Source of the DNA: Epiperipatus broadwayi
Taxonomy: Eukaryota > Animalia > Onychophora
Assembly: GCA_028023455.1 (NCBI GenBank)
Contig: JAQFVV010000008.1
Coordinates: forward strand, 14,694,001-14,758,000
Reading direction: 5' to 3'
DNA length: 64,000 nucleotides
Notes under the pieces: model-generated
The model's input: only the letters and a program-made list of their open reading frames with translations
The model's database searches: none
Told to the model about the DNA's origin: nothing
Position numbers and translations under genes: made by a program
Shown: piece by piece, positions 1 to 12,044 of the stretch
How positions within the stretch are numbered: position 1 is the first letter of the stretch
Layout of the letters: each line of letters opens with the position of its first letter

Positions 1-1160
1 AAACTCCCATAATGTTTCATTTCATATTAGATAGTTCTTTCAATTCATGCAATCTTCATTCACTTAAAGTGATCTGCAGTTGTATCTAAATAAAAGATCA
101 TCATTGAATGGCAGTCTGGGTCCAAATTCAGGGGATTTTTAGTATTTTCTGAGTACAACCTCAACCCCTATCTTGACTAATGAGTGTACATGTTTCTGGG
201 AATGCCATAATTTAGTTTGGTTTATAGGGATATAAATATTTGTTTAGGAAAAAAAAGATTATTCATACCCATTCATCTGTTTTCAAAAAAACTCAAGTGA
301 TATTTTAGTTGAGAAGTATCAGGCAATCAAGAAGAAAAACTATGGTGTTTTGTTAATCTTATACTTGGTAATAAAAAGTCAATAAACTCTCTATGCTAAC
401 TGCTGTTTGTTGTTGAGCAATTCATCTGTATTCTTTTGCTGTATAAATATTCATGTAATAATAATAATAGCAATAACATTAATGCATAAAGTTGTTATTA
501 AGATTTCCCCCAGTTTGCTTTCTATAAAGCCTCAAAGAGAAATCAAATATTTTTCTTCAATTCCTTTTTGCAGTTACATATATATATATATATATATGCC
601 TATTGTAATAATAATAAAAATAATAAATATAATGGTAATTAACTATTATATACAGTCTTTGAATCTGCAGAAGTACTTTTAGTTAATTCCTTAACTATCC
701 TCAACTGCCATTAAATTAAAAAAAAACCATAAAGGAATCAAACGCCATGCACTCAAATGCCACAAATTTCTAATTTTAACATTAGCAGCTTGTTTATTAA
801 TTATATTCATTTTATTTCTATTTATTAAAATTGCCTTCTTAATTTTTATTTTATTACAGTTTCTCTCTTCATGAAGAATTTTAACATTTTCAATATCAAA
901 CTTAAATTTATATTTACATGTCAGTTTATGATGCAAGAAAACTGAAGCAGATTGAAAGACTGTATATAATAATTAATTACCATTATATTTATTATTTTTA
1001 TTGTGATCATTTAATTTGTTAAAAAAGCTTTTCCTCCCATATTTAGCACTTTTCTATTTAATATGTATTGCAAGTACTTGTGATTTTTAGTTCATTTTTT
1101 AACTATAATTCAAATCTTTGAAAAAGATTAAAGGTGTTTTCATGAATCAAGCATTAAAAT

Positions 1161-1243
1161 GTGATAGAAATCTGATGAATTTTTTAATGTGAATAAATTA
1201 AGTGTGACAGAAATCTGATGAGTTTATTGATGTGAATAAATTA
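1161..1243. repeat. Two-copy tandem duplication of a ~42-bp unit
   Basis: gtgatagaaatctgatgaattttttaatgtgaataaatta is followed by gtgacagaaatctgatgagtttattgatgtgaataaatta. Confidence 0.6.
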
Positions 1244-1426
1244 AAAGTAAAAACAAAGACTTTATTTTCATGCTATATATATATATATCTATCAAAACTA
1301 CCCCAAATCTAAAATTAAACCAGACCAGCATAAAAATAATATTAAAACACAACCTAAGGTTTCACTGCTACAAGCAGACTTCTCAAGTGTAAAGAACTAC
1401 AAAAAAACCACACATTATATATACTA

Positions 1427-1642
1427 TTAAAAACTACCCACAAATCCATTCACTTCCCATCCACCCTTAATATTAAAAGAACTCTTAAATAAGTTAATTG
1501 CTTCAGAATAATAAATTTTCAATAATAAAGACTCTTTAATTCTTCTTTTGATTTCATTTCTCTCAAAGAAGACAACCTTAGCTTCATCAAAATCAATAGT
1601 GTGGCCTGTATCTTTTTCATGGACATACAAAGCAGAACTAAG
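1427..1642 (-). pseudogene. GIY-YIG endonuclease C-terminal remnant of a Penelope-like element (mirror copy 1643-1842 on +)
   Basis: LSSALYVHEKDTGHTIDFDEAKVV...RRIKESLLL matches the PLE endonuclease tail pattern SAL..H...GH.IDF...K....R.IKES. No RT or N-terminus. Confidence 0.75.
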
Positions 1643-1878
1643 ATGTCCATGAAAAAGATACAGGCCACACTATTGATTTTGATGAAGCTAAGGTTGTCTT
1701 CTTTGAGAGAAATGAAATCAAAAGAAGAATTAAAGAGTCTTTATTATTGAAAATTTATTATTCTGAAGCAATTAACTTATTTAAGAGTTCTTTTAATATT
1801 AAGGGTGGATGGGAAGTGAATGGATTTGTGGGTAGTTTTTAATAGTATATATAATGTGTGGTTTTTTTGTAGTTCTTT

Positions 1879-1922
1879 ACACTTGAGAAGTCTGCTTGTA
1901 GCAGTGAAACCTTAGGTTGTGT
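1879..1922 (+). ncRNA. Degenerate minimal type I hammerhead-like motif, U3-A8 core variant (mirror 1347-1390 on -)
   Basis: acac-TTGAGAA-gtCTGC ttgta GCAGt-GAAAC-cttag-GTT-gtgt: stem I acac/gtgt, 4-bp stem II, short stem III. Located in the PLE 3' pLTR. Confidence 0.5.
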
Positions 1923-2547
1923 TTTAATATTATTTTTATGCTGGTCTGGTTTAATTTTAGATTTGGGGTAGTTTTGATTTTATATTGACTAGTTTAGCTT
2001 TATGCTTGTAATGTTTATATATATATATAATGCTATTATTTTACTTCAAAGGATGATGAATTGATTTTTAATGTTTTGAATGCAATCTATAAAAATTTGG
2101 TTAATAATTAGCCATTAAATAATCAGATGCCTTACTAATTAGTGAGAGAAGAAAAATTTTCAGAACTGGCTTGAGTAACTACCAATTGCCACTGTGGGTT
2201 AATTTCAATATACTGTTGCCTTGAGTAAAAAAATATATTTGATTGCTGACATTCAACACTTCATTTATATTAGTTGTTACATTTAATAAATTAAAAGATA
2301 GATTGTTTTACTTTATTGATACAACTATTTTAACTAAATAAGTTGTTTATTTTAGCAAATTTATTGATGGAAGGGAGATATGGATTCCTATTAAAAATAT
2401 TATAAAGACACTGGAAAAATATTTAAAATTGCTTCATAATACTCTGAAACTGCAATTGAAAGACCGTAAGATCAATCAGTATGTCTTCATTTTACTGAAT
2501 TAATATTTAATAACAAGATAATTTACAAGCACAGATTTCAATAGTGT

Positions 2548-3055
2548 TTCTTTAATCAGAAGGTAATCAGCCTTTGATATGTTTTGTTCAATCATGTTAC
2601 TAACTCATAGGTGTTATAATGAGTATGCCAGACACTCTCAAATCCAAATGCAAAATAGAGTATTTTAAAAGATAGGAATGGCCATCTTATCTTTGAATCT
2701 AAATACAATTATGTATGCTGATCCAAAGCACTTCAAAATGACAGCATGAAAACTTAATCCTTATAATATTTATCAATCAGAAATTTGAAATTTTCACTAG
2801 GTTTGACTATAAATTAATAATATAATGGACAGAAAGTTATAAAAATTAAATCTTTATGCTCTCATTCTGAAATGCTTTAGATTAGCCTGCATAATTGCAT
2901 TTAGGTACAAAGATAAAAAGGCCATTTTTATCTTTTCAAATTCTTTATTTTGTGTTTGGGTTTGATAGTGTCCTGCATACTTACTATAACATTGGTGAGG
3001 TAGTAATATGACAGAACAGAGCATGTCAAAGTCTGATTACCTTCTAATTAAAGAA
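2548..3055. repeat. Diverged fold-back (MITE-like) element, ~200-bp arms, ~100-bp spacer
   Basis: ttctttaatcagaaggtaatcagcctttgatatg (2548) pairs with catgtcaaagtctgattaccttctaattaaagaa (to 3055). Complementarity continues inward to ~2752/2853. Confidence 0.6.
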
Positions 3056-6000
3056 TGAATATAATATTGAATATACAATTATACAAACTACATATTCATT
3101 ATATTTGTAAATTTCCTAAATAAATAAAAAGTATATTTGATAATAGTTTTTATAAAAATGACATCCAGTTTATGTTATAAAGTTTATCAGAGATACCTTG
3201 AAGAATGAATTGTTGCTTTTATTTTGAAGATATGGCTAAAGATAAAAAACAAAGGAAAATAATATTTAGGGAAGGGTATTAAAATATTTTGAAGATATTA
3301 AAAAATAACAAATAGACAAACAGCCTAAGAGACTAGCATGCAATATATGTATATATAATTATAATTGTGGACCTTAGATTGAATTGCATAATCATTTCAA
3401 AATTTACTTTTAACTTTTCAATTTTTTATTATTTTCTCTCTTATTCAAATGCATTTTTTTATAGTTAGAATGGTCATAGTGCTAATGAATATTGAGTATC
3501 ATTGATTCATAGTTATGTCATAATGTTGTCTCTCTTTTTTTCATATTTTTATAGTTTTCTAATTTCCATTGTTTTATTATATACCTACTATATATAGTTT
3601 TTACGTTTCATCATTATATCCAATAATTTGATTTATTCATCTGAATTTTTACTAGATCTTATGAAAACAATAATATAGCATTTTTAAAATTACCAGTTAT
3701 ACAATTATTCTTTTATTTTTGTCTCTAAAACAATCCTTACTCCATAACATTTACAATATAATATGAGAGTTTTTTTATATTTTTTTATTTATAGACTTTG
3801 AATCTTGCTTCACAAAGACATAAAATATCTATCCCCCCCCCCTATATGTATTTGATAAAATATCCAAGTATGCATAAGTAAAAAAACTTGGAGGTCAAAG
3901 TATTTAAGCAAGAAGAAAAGGATTAAAAATTATCAAAATATTACCCAAATTCAAAGAAACAACTACAAAGATATATAAGATTTTGAAAAAAAGAATCAAG
4001 AAAATTGTAGAGAATAATCAGATTGCTGAAATACAAATTTGGAAAAAAACACATATCTTTTAGAGGATTGTGCAATTTATAAACAAAATCATTTAGGAAA
4101 TTACATTTTGAAAAACAAGGCTACTGAAGTGGATTGTTTTAGTTAAGAAATTAGGCTCTTTGGTTAACTAAAAGCAGTTTGTAAAATGGACAAATATTTC
4201 ATTTAGATAAATAAGTTAGATTAAAAATATTATTTCACAGCATAAAAACTATTGCAGAAGATTTATCTAGATATTATCAGTTCTTTTCTATGAATAAAGA
4301 TAAGTATAATCAAATTAATCATGATTCTTAGATAAGGCATCCCATAATTATTTCTATATTAGTCAAAACCATATTTTATTTTGTGAAATGCTTAATAAAA
4401 TGATTTGTGCAATTTGATATATAAAGAGCTGAAACTTTCAATACAATTAATGGGATTTGACCGATATAATAAGGGGTGTTATGATTTGTTGTATGTCTGT
4501 AGATCAGCACAATACAAAAGTACTGAAAAATTATCTATCTGTTTTTAAGAAATCATGAATAAAGATTTAGAATATAGATAAATATTGATAAGAATCAACG
4601 CAATCCCTTACTCCACATTAAAGAAAAATTTTATATGAGATGTAAAAGAACTAATTGGTTAGGAAAACATTAAAAATGTACAAATGTTTAAATAGATAGA
4701 AATGGGATAATAAATATAGACACAAAGAACTATAAGTAATAATCAAAAAGCAAGAAAGAGAAAAATTAAAGCCAAGATATAAATGACAATTTTGGTTAAA
4801 AATATAGGGACAGATATACAGTTAATAAGTAAATAGAGAAATTTCAAAAAACAAGACCCTAACCATGCTACTTATTTAAAAAATGCATTTTCCATCTGTC
4901 CAGTAGAAGAATAATTGCAGGTTAAATCTACACTGAAAACTTTGAGAATGAATGGATAAAGATAACTTTTATGACATAATTCTCTTTAAATCTTTACAAA
5001 CATTAGAGAAGGAGTCTTTGAAACTAAAAACAAGAGGCAATATAGAAAGATTAAAGAAAAATATTAGTGATCAACAAAAAAAGCAACTAAAATGGAATAA
5101 GATAAAATAGATCTTTCTCAATGGAGAAAGAAGATGTCTTGAAATTTAGTATTATTATACAATTTAACATAAAATGTTTTATTATAGTAATACATTTAAC
5201 ACACACACATACCCACTAACTGTGATATTTATATCTATTTCAGAATAATTTAAGATAATGTAAGCTTGATATAAAAAAAAGCTACTTGTCTTTAATAAGC
5301 ATTATAATAAATTATATTTTAAAATTAATATACTTAATTATATTCCAAAGCTTAATATATTGAAAATAAAGTGTAAGTTTTTATAAAAATATAATATTGT
5401 CATATTAAAATTATTATTAATTTGGTTAATATTAAAAATTAAATTTGATTATCTATAATTAATAAATGATGTGTTATTTAGTCTTTGAGATTCTCCATAT
5501 TTCTTTGAAAGCACATCTGTAGGTAATATTTCAAAATTGTTTTGAAGCCATTACTTTGCATGAAAATATGAGGCCTTAATTGGTAGTCCAATCATGGACA
5601 AGTTGAAATTTTCCACATGTGAAATATGCATAAAGAGCAAAATAAAAATAGATTTTTTTTACTTCACTTTGACATTCCAGAGTTAAATATAACAGTTGTT
5701 GCTAGATTACTATACACTTAGTTAATATTCCATAATTAAAAATATATGTTTGAGTATTTTAAATTAAATAAAGTGCTGAATTATTTATAATAATTTTGTT
5801 TAATGCTGTAAAATAAGAATTCTCGTACTTAGAATTGGTGAAAAGAAAAATTTAATTTAGAAGCTGTTTTTCTAATTCTGCAGCATTTCAAATGATTTTA
5901 ATTGTATAAGAATTTGTAATTTTAACAATCCTATTTACTAACATTATTGATTAATGGTATTCTTGAGTACTATATTGTTTTTTGTTTTTTTTTAAAGACA

Positions 6001-7302
6001 GTGTCAGAATAATGGTTCTAAGAATTAAAGGTTCTAGGATCAAATCTCAACCAGTTACTTTGGTACTCGAATGTCACATGACTTTTATTGAATAATTCAG
6101 TCATTTGATTATATTTTTAATATCATATTTATAAATTAAAATACTTCCAATCAAAAATTAAATATGCCTCTTTAGTAAAGTTAATTATATTTGTAATTGT
6201 AAAGTTAAAATATCATTTATGATTAAATATACCATCCTAAAAAATAAAAAAAAACCGTTTTGCCATGCTTCTAGTAAATATATCTTTTGTACCTACAACA
6301 TACGAATAAGGATAAAATTTGAAATTTTTTCCGAATTACAATCAGACTTACGATTTTTATTTCAAGAAGTTGGCCAATTCAGATAATCATTCAACATTGG
6401 TCAGTAAATAAATATCTGGATATTTTTATAGAAAGTGAAACATAGATGGGGAAAAAAACATGTCACGGTTTTCACCCAGTAATAGAAAAAATTGATGAGT
6501 AATGTCTTTTGTTTCATTGTCATGACTGTTGAAGAGCTATTTTAAAAGCTGTTTTATTCTGCCTATAAAAATAAAAATATTGTAAGTTGGAATTTAATTT
6601 TGTATTATTTATGAAATTAAAAAAAATAGCATGCACTTATAAATAAATATTGTCATCCAGATAAAAAAATATTAAGTTAAAATGAGTTTTGTGATGTTTA
6701 TGCAAATCAATCCATGGACCACAATTTATGATTATGACGCAGTGTACCACATTCTCATTTTTAAACCTATTTATTTGATTCCTGCAATGCTGTCTTTTAA
6801 ATTCTTCTGTATCAAACTTTTCCTTCAAAATGCTTTCAACATTTTATCTAGGTGTAACTCAATCATATTTTACAATCACAAGCAATTATAAACATATTTC
6901 TTTAAAATGTTTTGATATAATTTTTATAGTCCAGATGAAATCTGCTTCTCCCATAAAAATGTTCAAGTTTATCAGCTTGTTACTATTCATATATCCAAAT
7001 CCTATGAAGAAGTGCCTTTATAATATAATTTCAATAACATTGCATTCACTACTCTAAAACATACACATCGATCTTATGATTTAGTCACCATATTTTCAGA
7101 ATCTTACAAAATACCATAAATGGCAATCTGATACTTTTATGTTGTGCTAATATTTAGACTCACTCTCATAATTTTTTTGTCATAATAGCAACCATAAATA
7201 GTATACAAATAACTTGGATATTTTTATATTAAAAATGCCTGTATTTAACTTTGTACAATAAATTTATACATAACAAAATTTAAAAACAGAACTTAATATG
7301 TT

Positions 7303-7936
7303 TTAAGCCAATAAACATCACATGACCACCACCTCTTATGCTTGTGAAGGTCATAAGCCAGAAACTAGTCTAGGGATATTGGATGAGTAGGCACTAGATG
7401 AGGATTTTATGCACAAGCCTTCTGGCATCCATTGATTACTCTAGCTTGCTGTGTGGCAATACGTATAGTGAGTTTTGCCTGTTTTAACAACAGTTATACA
7501 CAAGGAAAAGAGGTGGTGGTCATGTGATGTTTATTGGCTTAAAACCAATCCTGCCTAATAGTATAGTGGTAGCTATGGTTATTAAAGAACCAAAGACATC
7601 AAAATGTATGGGTACTGAACTGGGTTCAGACCCATATGACTATATAAGCTAATGGGCTTGGATTGAAAACAGGTGTTTTCAGTTTAAGATTCATAGTTTT
7701 GTAGTTAAATGGAGATTAAAGGTGGTTGCTGGAGGGTTGCATTAGATCCTAAGATCTAGATGCAGTGCTCTCAGATCCAAGGCCCCTCACTGATGAAGGC
7801 CATAAGCCAGAAACCAGTCTGGGGATATTGGATGAGTAGGCACTAAATGGGGATTTTATGCACAAGCCTTTTGGCATCCATTGATTACTTTAGCTTGCTG
7901 TGTGTGGCAATACATATAGTGAGTTTTGTCTGTTTT
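7303..7936 (+). mobile_element. Hammerhead-family insertion A: short inverted tail + ~1.3 tandem units of a 449-nt monomer
   Basis: 13-bp duplication AACTTAATATGTT at 7290-7302 and 7937-7949. 36-bp perfect inverted repeat 7300-7335/7510-7545. HHR 3' half at 7345-7370 and full HHR at 7785-7824. 7371-7486 is repeated at 7820-7936. Confidence 0.8.
7785..7824 (+). ncRNA. Type I hammerhead ribozyme motif
   Basis: cctca-CTGATGA-a-GGC cataa GCC-a-GAAAC-ca-GTC-tgggg. Stem I cctca/tgggg is extended by atccaa/ttggat beyond an internal loop. Predicted cleavage after 7819. An extra A on each side of stem II is non-canonical. Confidence 0.75.
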
Positions 7937-7951
7937 AACTTAATATGTTAC

Positions 7952-8257
7952 TAAAACAGGCAAAAACTCTCCATACATTAGCATCACTCTGCAAGCCAGA
8001 GTAATTAATGGATGCTAGAAGGCTTGTGCATAAAATCCCTATCTAGTGCCTATTCATGCAATATCACCAGACTAATTTCTGGGGATATTGAATGAGTGGC
8101 TATTGGATGAGTAGGCACTAGATAGGGATTTTATGCACAAGCTTTCTGGCATCCATTGATTACTCTGGCCTGCACTAAGTAGCACTACTGTATGGAGAGT
8201 TTTGCCTTGATTTAATAACAGTTATGAGCAAGCATAAGAAATGATGATCATGTGATG
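7952..8257 (+). mobile_element. Hammerhead-family insertion B: inverted segment (7952-8079) + direct segment (8080-8257)
   Basis: 15-bp duplication AACTTAATATGTTAC at 7937-7951 and 8258-8272. Both halves match the post-ribozyme part of insertion A. Confidence 0.8.
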
Positions 8258-9099
8258 AACTTAATATGTTACATTTACTAAATACATCAACATATTTTAC
8301 TCATTACTATTCTTTTTGGATGTCACTCATCATAAATACTTAAATATATTATTATATAGGAAACAAATCTTTGTTGTTGATGGTGAGATTGTTAATCTGC
8401 ATTTCACTTAGATCATAGTAGTTCCCATAAATTAAATAATCTATCTAGTTTAATTTTTTAATAGGTGTTTTAAATCTCTGTAATATTACTTCCATCAGTA
8501 CTTATAAAACTATTGAACAAAATAATATTTTTAAAAAAAATTGTTTTCTATATTAATAGCTATATAAATCCCAAAAGCTCTTATTATCTTTTTATCACCA
8601 GAAAAGGCTTGATGTCAAAATATTGCTTAGTGTTTTATTGGAGAGACAAAGTTAAATTTTTCATTGTCATTAAAAAAGACATAATAATAACCTTTCTTCA
8701 TTGGGTCCACACAAAAAATTAATTATAAATTGTATTGAGAAATGTCTTAATTGGAAAGACACTATAAAAAAATTGATGCTAATAAGAGTCAATAATTCAT
8801 TCAGCAATATTGTTTTAATTGGCACCTTGATCAAATTTTGGAATGTGTCATCATTGATATGTCATTGCATGATTTTTTAGTTATAATAGGCCTGTACATA
8901 GTCCCCCACCAAGTATGATGTCCCCCTTCTCAATTTTACCAAATCAGATGGCCGATAGTTAAGAAAATTGATATCAGTAGTGAGTCCCTACATATTCTGT
9001 CAAATAAGTTCAACTTTTATGAGTTGTCATAACAACTTAAATAATCATACTTAACTTCAATAATTCAAGACCACTGTTTTTAATTGGTACTCTTATAAC

Positions 9100-10400
9100 A
9101 TTGTATGATAAAAGTTTTAATTCTGTTTCTCATAAATAATTATTTACAACTCCAAGGTGCATAGTAAATACAAAGACTTTTGCTGTTAGAATTAACTATT
9201 TTAATTTTTGTTTTCAGATAGAATTTAATAGGACTGAAAGTTAATAATTTGATCAAAAAATTATCAGTGATTAATTTATTAATTATTAAATTGGTTTTGG
9301 TCATTAAATTACATACCAGAAAACTGAGAAATTTAGTTGAAACTGCTGTAAACATTGATGCAATATTTCTTCCTGTTGATATTTGCGATGTCAAAAATGT
9401 GTCTTCTCATACAATTAATCCATCTATGCTTGAATTTTTTTCTATGCATTTCCCAGTAATAAAATTGTTAAGAAACTTCTCTGATAACATAGGCAAGTAT
9501 ATTTACCTCTCTTCCTAGATGAGGAGAAAATATTCCAGGAATAAGATCAGTGAACTCTCTTAAGAATGAACCAATGTTAATAGTAAATAAAGCAAGAGAA
9601 AGAGGAGATTCTTGGACAATACCTTTTATAATCTGAAATATATGGTTGAGAGTCTTATGAAATTTTTATTACTGAAGATCTATTTTATATAATTTATTAG
9701 TCCACATAAAAGGTTTGTACTTCTAAAATAATATTAAATATCTGATTAGCTGGTGGTCAAAATCAAATTGCAAAATGAATGATGATTTCAGAGATAGAAT
9801 AATGAACCTACAGTAATCTAGTTGTTAAAAGGGGATTGAAATTTATCTACCAATATTCTATCAAATATTTTAGCCTTTATATCTTCAACTGTTATTGACT
9901 TGATTGAGTCATAAGTGAACCATTGATATTAGGGTTCTTCATTATCATAAACATTTGTGCTTAATAACTTGTCTCTCCACATACCCAATAATTAATGAGT
10001 TAAAGAAATTTGTAAAAGATTAGCTATTAAAATACTTCTAGAATTTACATAAGTAAGAAGTAATATTTTAGAATTACAGGTTTTACTTTATCCAATTGTT
10101 TATTGCATTTTCAAAGGAAATCAAAGATAAATTTAGAATATCTGAGTTTTTTCAACTAGGCCCATGAAAATGAGATATTATCGAAGTATGTTAAAAATAT
10201 TTTCAAATTGCATGATCTATTTAATTGATGTATTTATTTCACTGTATTGAAATAACATATCTTTTTAGCATATTACTCATTCTTGTACTTTAATATCCAA
10301 ACTGATCTTTCTATGTAAAAAGCTGTCAAGAGTTTTAAATTGATTCATTCATCAAGTTGATATAATCTAAGATAAAAATTGCTGAAGGCTCTTTTTACAT
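9100..10400 (-). pseudogene. Heavily decayed non-LTR retrotransposon reverse transcriptase
   Basis: Minus-strand fragments KGIVQESPLSLALFTINI (cf. G.PQGSPLSP.LF), VNILAY and DIKAKIFDRI, in RT motif order. Many stops and frameshifts; boundaries approximate. Confidence 0.5.
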
Positions 10401-10481
10401 CACTGGATAATAAAGAAAACTTTATTTGTTTTTTTGTTTTGTTAAAAATTAATTACAAAACCAAAGTCTATATAATATATT

Positions 10482-10644
10482 AAGCCAATAAACATCACAT
10501 GATCACCATTTCTTATTGCTTGCTTATAACTATTATTAAAACAGACAAAGCTCTCTATACATATTGCCTTCTGGCATCCATTGATTACTCTGGCTTGCAA
10601 TGAGTGGCAATACATATAGAGAGTTTTGCCTGTCTTTTTTTACG
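10482..10644 (+). mobile_element. Hammerhead-family fragment (inverted tail + short direct piece, no ribozyme core)
   Basis: aagccaataaacatcacatgatcacc... and ttctggcatccattgattactctggcttgc... match the 7.3-8.3 kb copies. Candidate 9-bp duplication TAATATATT at 10473-10481 and 10645-10653. Confidence 0.7.
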
Positions 10645-11429
10645 TAATATATTCAAAGCATTAAGAATTCCATAAAACATCCTTTAAATTACAAAATATA
10701 GCATACTTTAAATTTATAAGCCAGCCAAATAAAGTACAAACTCTTCCAAATACCATGGCTATGGTCATGAAAAACAAAGTTATTTCCAATGATTTAGACT
10801 TGTCCTCATTAGTAGAATTTTTTTATATTTTCATGTATAATAAGAATAAACTTCACAAGATAACCAGAAATTTTAGACAATATTACAAAACTTTTTGATT
10901 AAGTAAGCCAAAAGCCTTGATCAAATAGTATATAAATTATGCCATTAATCTCTACTTTTTTCTTGCATATGTCTGGCAACAAGAATCATATCTGTAATAT
11001 TTCATGATAAACTAAAACAATGTTTTCTTGTAGTCATTCATGTATAACTGAAAATTTATTTAACAAATTTTGAAAGACTTTTATCTATAATGGATATCAA
11101 TGATATTCCATAATAATAATTGCAGTTTTTCTTTTTTATAAATTGAAACAAAAGAAGCATTCTTAAGATCAGTGACTTCTCTTCATGTGTTCATTTATTT
11201 CTAAAAAATTCCAATAGTTTTTAACCTAAAATATTGTTATCATATATTAAAGCTTCACTAATTATTAAAAAAATATTATTTTATCAATCTGGATATTTCA
11301 GTTTGATATATTATATTTAATTTTATTTGAATTCTTGTAACATTATTCAAAAGATGATCAAAATATTTTCTGCTACTCTGAAATATCATCCATATCTCAT
11401 AAAAAAGTGTCAGCACTTGATTTTATAAG

Positions 11430-12044
11430 TGTCATATCTCACCTTGCCTTCAGAAGTGGACTCGCTGAGATTCCTTTCTTATCTGATCGGATTGAGCATT
11501 CATTGCTGCTAACCAATGTGTAAACATATAGATAAAACTCAGCCAATGATTAGTTTGGCTGATAGGTAGTGATTCTCTCTGAATCTGATTGTTTCCAGTA
11601 AAGTTGAGGATCTGGCAGTAAATAGTCAGCCTTTTTAGAGGTAAGGAGAGAACATTTGTCTAACCTAAGTGATGGTATGCATTCTCCATTGAAACCACTG
11701 CTTAAAATGAGCATTTCTGTTATAGCCATTATGCTATAGGCAAGTCCATGATAGGACTGGAAGCTGCTAAGACCAGAACCAACATGAAACAAGCTGTGGA
11801 GTACATCTGGAAGAGTCATTAGACAAACTCATGAACAGGTTGTTATGTACAGTCATAAGTGAGTTGAGTCTTTCAGGCACCACCAGCCATGCATTAATTG
11901 AAATTACATATGTGAGTGTATATTCATTGATATTGTATATTATGTAAATATATTTAATTCTAATAAATCATATTAATTCAACTTCAGGTGTTTGTACTTT
12001 TTGTTACTGTTGGTATGAGTCTGCTATCCAGATCAAACACAACA
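11430..12044 (+). mobile_element. Probable solo LTR (~615 bp)
   Basis: Begins TGTCA, ends ACAACA. Flanks ATAAG/GTAAG (4/5 match, 5-bp TSD). AATAAA near 11962. Higher GC than the surroundings. Confidence 0.5.

Larger units (their letters stand above)
1291..1978. mobile_element. Penelope-like element 3' end as a perfect head-to-head inverted pair (336-bp arms, 16-nt loop)
   Basis: 1291-1626 is the reverse complement of 1643-1978 with no mismatch seen by eye. Each arm carries a GIY-YIG C-terminus plus a pLTR-like 3' region. (TA)n tracts lie on both flanks. Confidence 0.85.

Noticed and set aside
1172-1245. Two CTGATGA motifs as possible hammerheads
   Set aside because: No correctly placed GAAA or stems I/III; explained by a 42-bp tandem duplication.
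6637-6828. ORF with IIINCGPWIDL...IFFYLDD resembling CDC45 (INCG..VDL...IFF..D) or an RT YxDD motif
   Set aside because: Short ambiguous match, flanking residues fit neither, and no supported splice sites or neighbouring exons. A profile search would settle it.
7290-8272. Thrice-repeated 13-mer as a CRISPR-like array
   Set aside because: Spacers are 300-630 bp and homologous to each other; repeats are TSDs; eukaryotic context with no cas genes.
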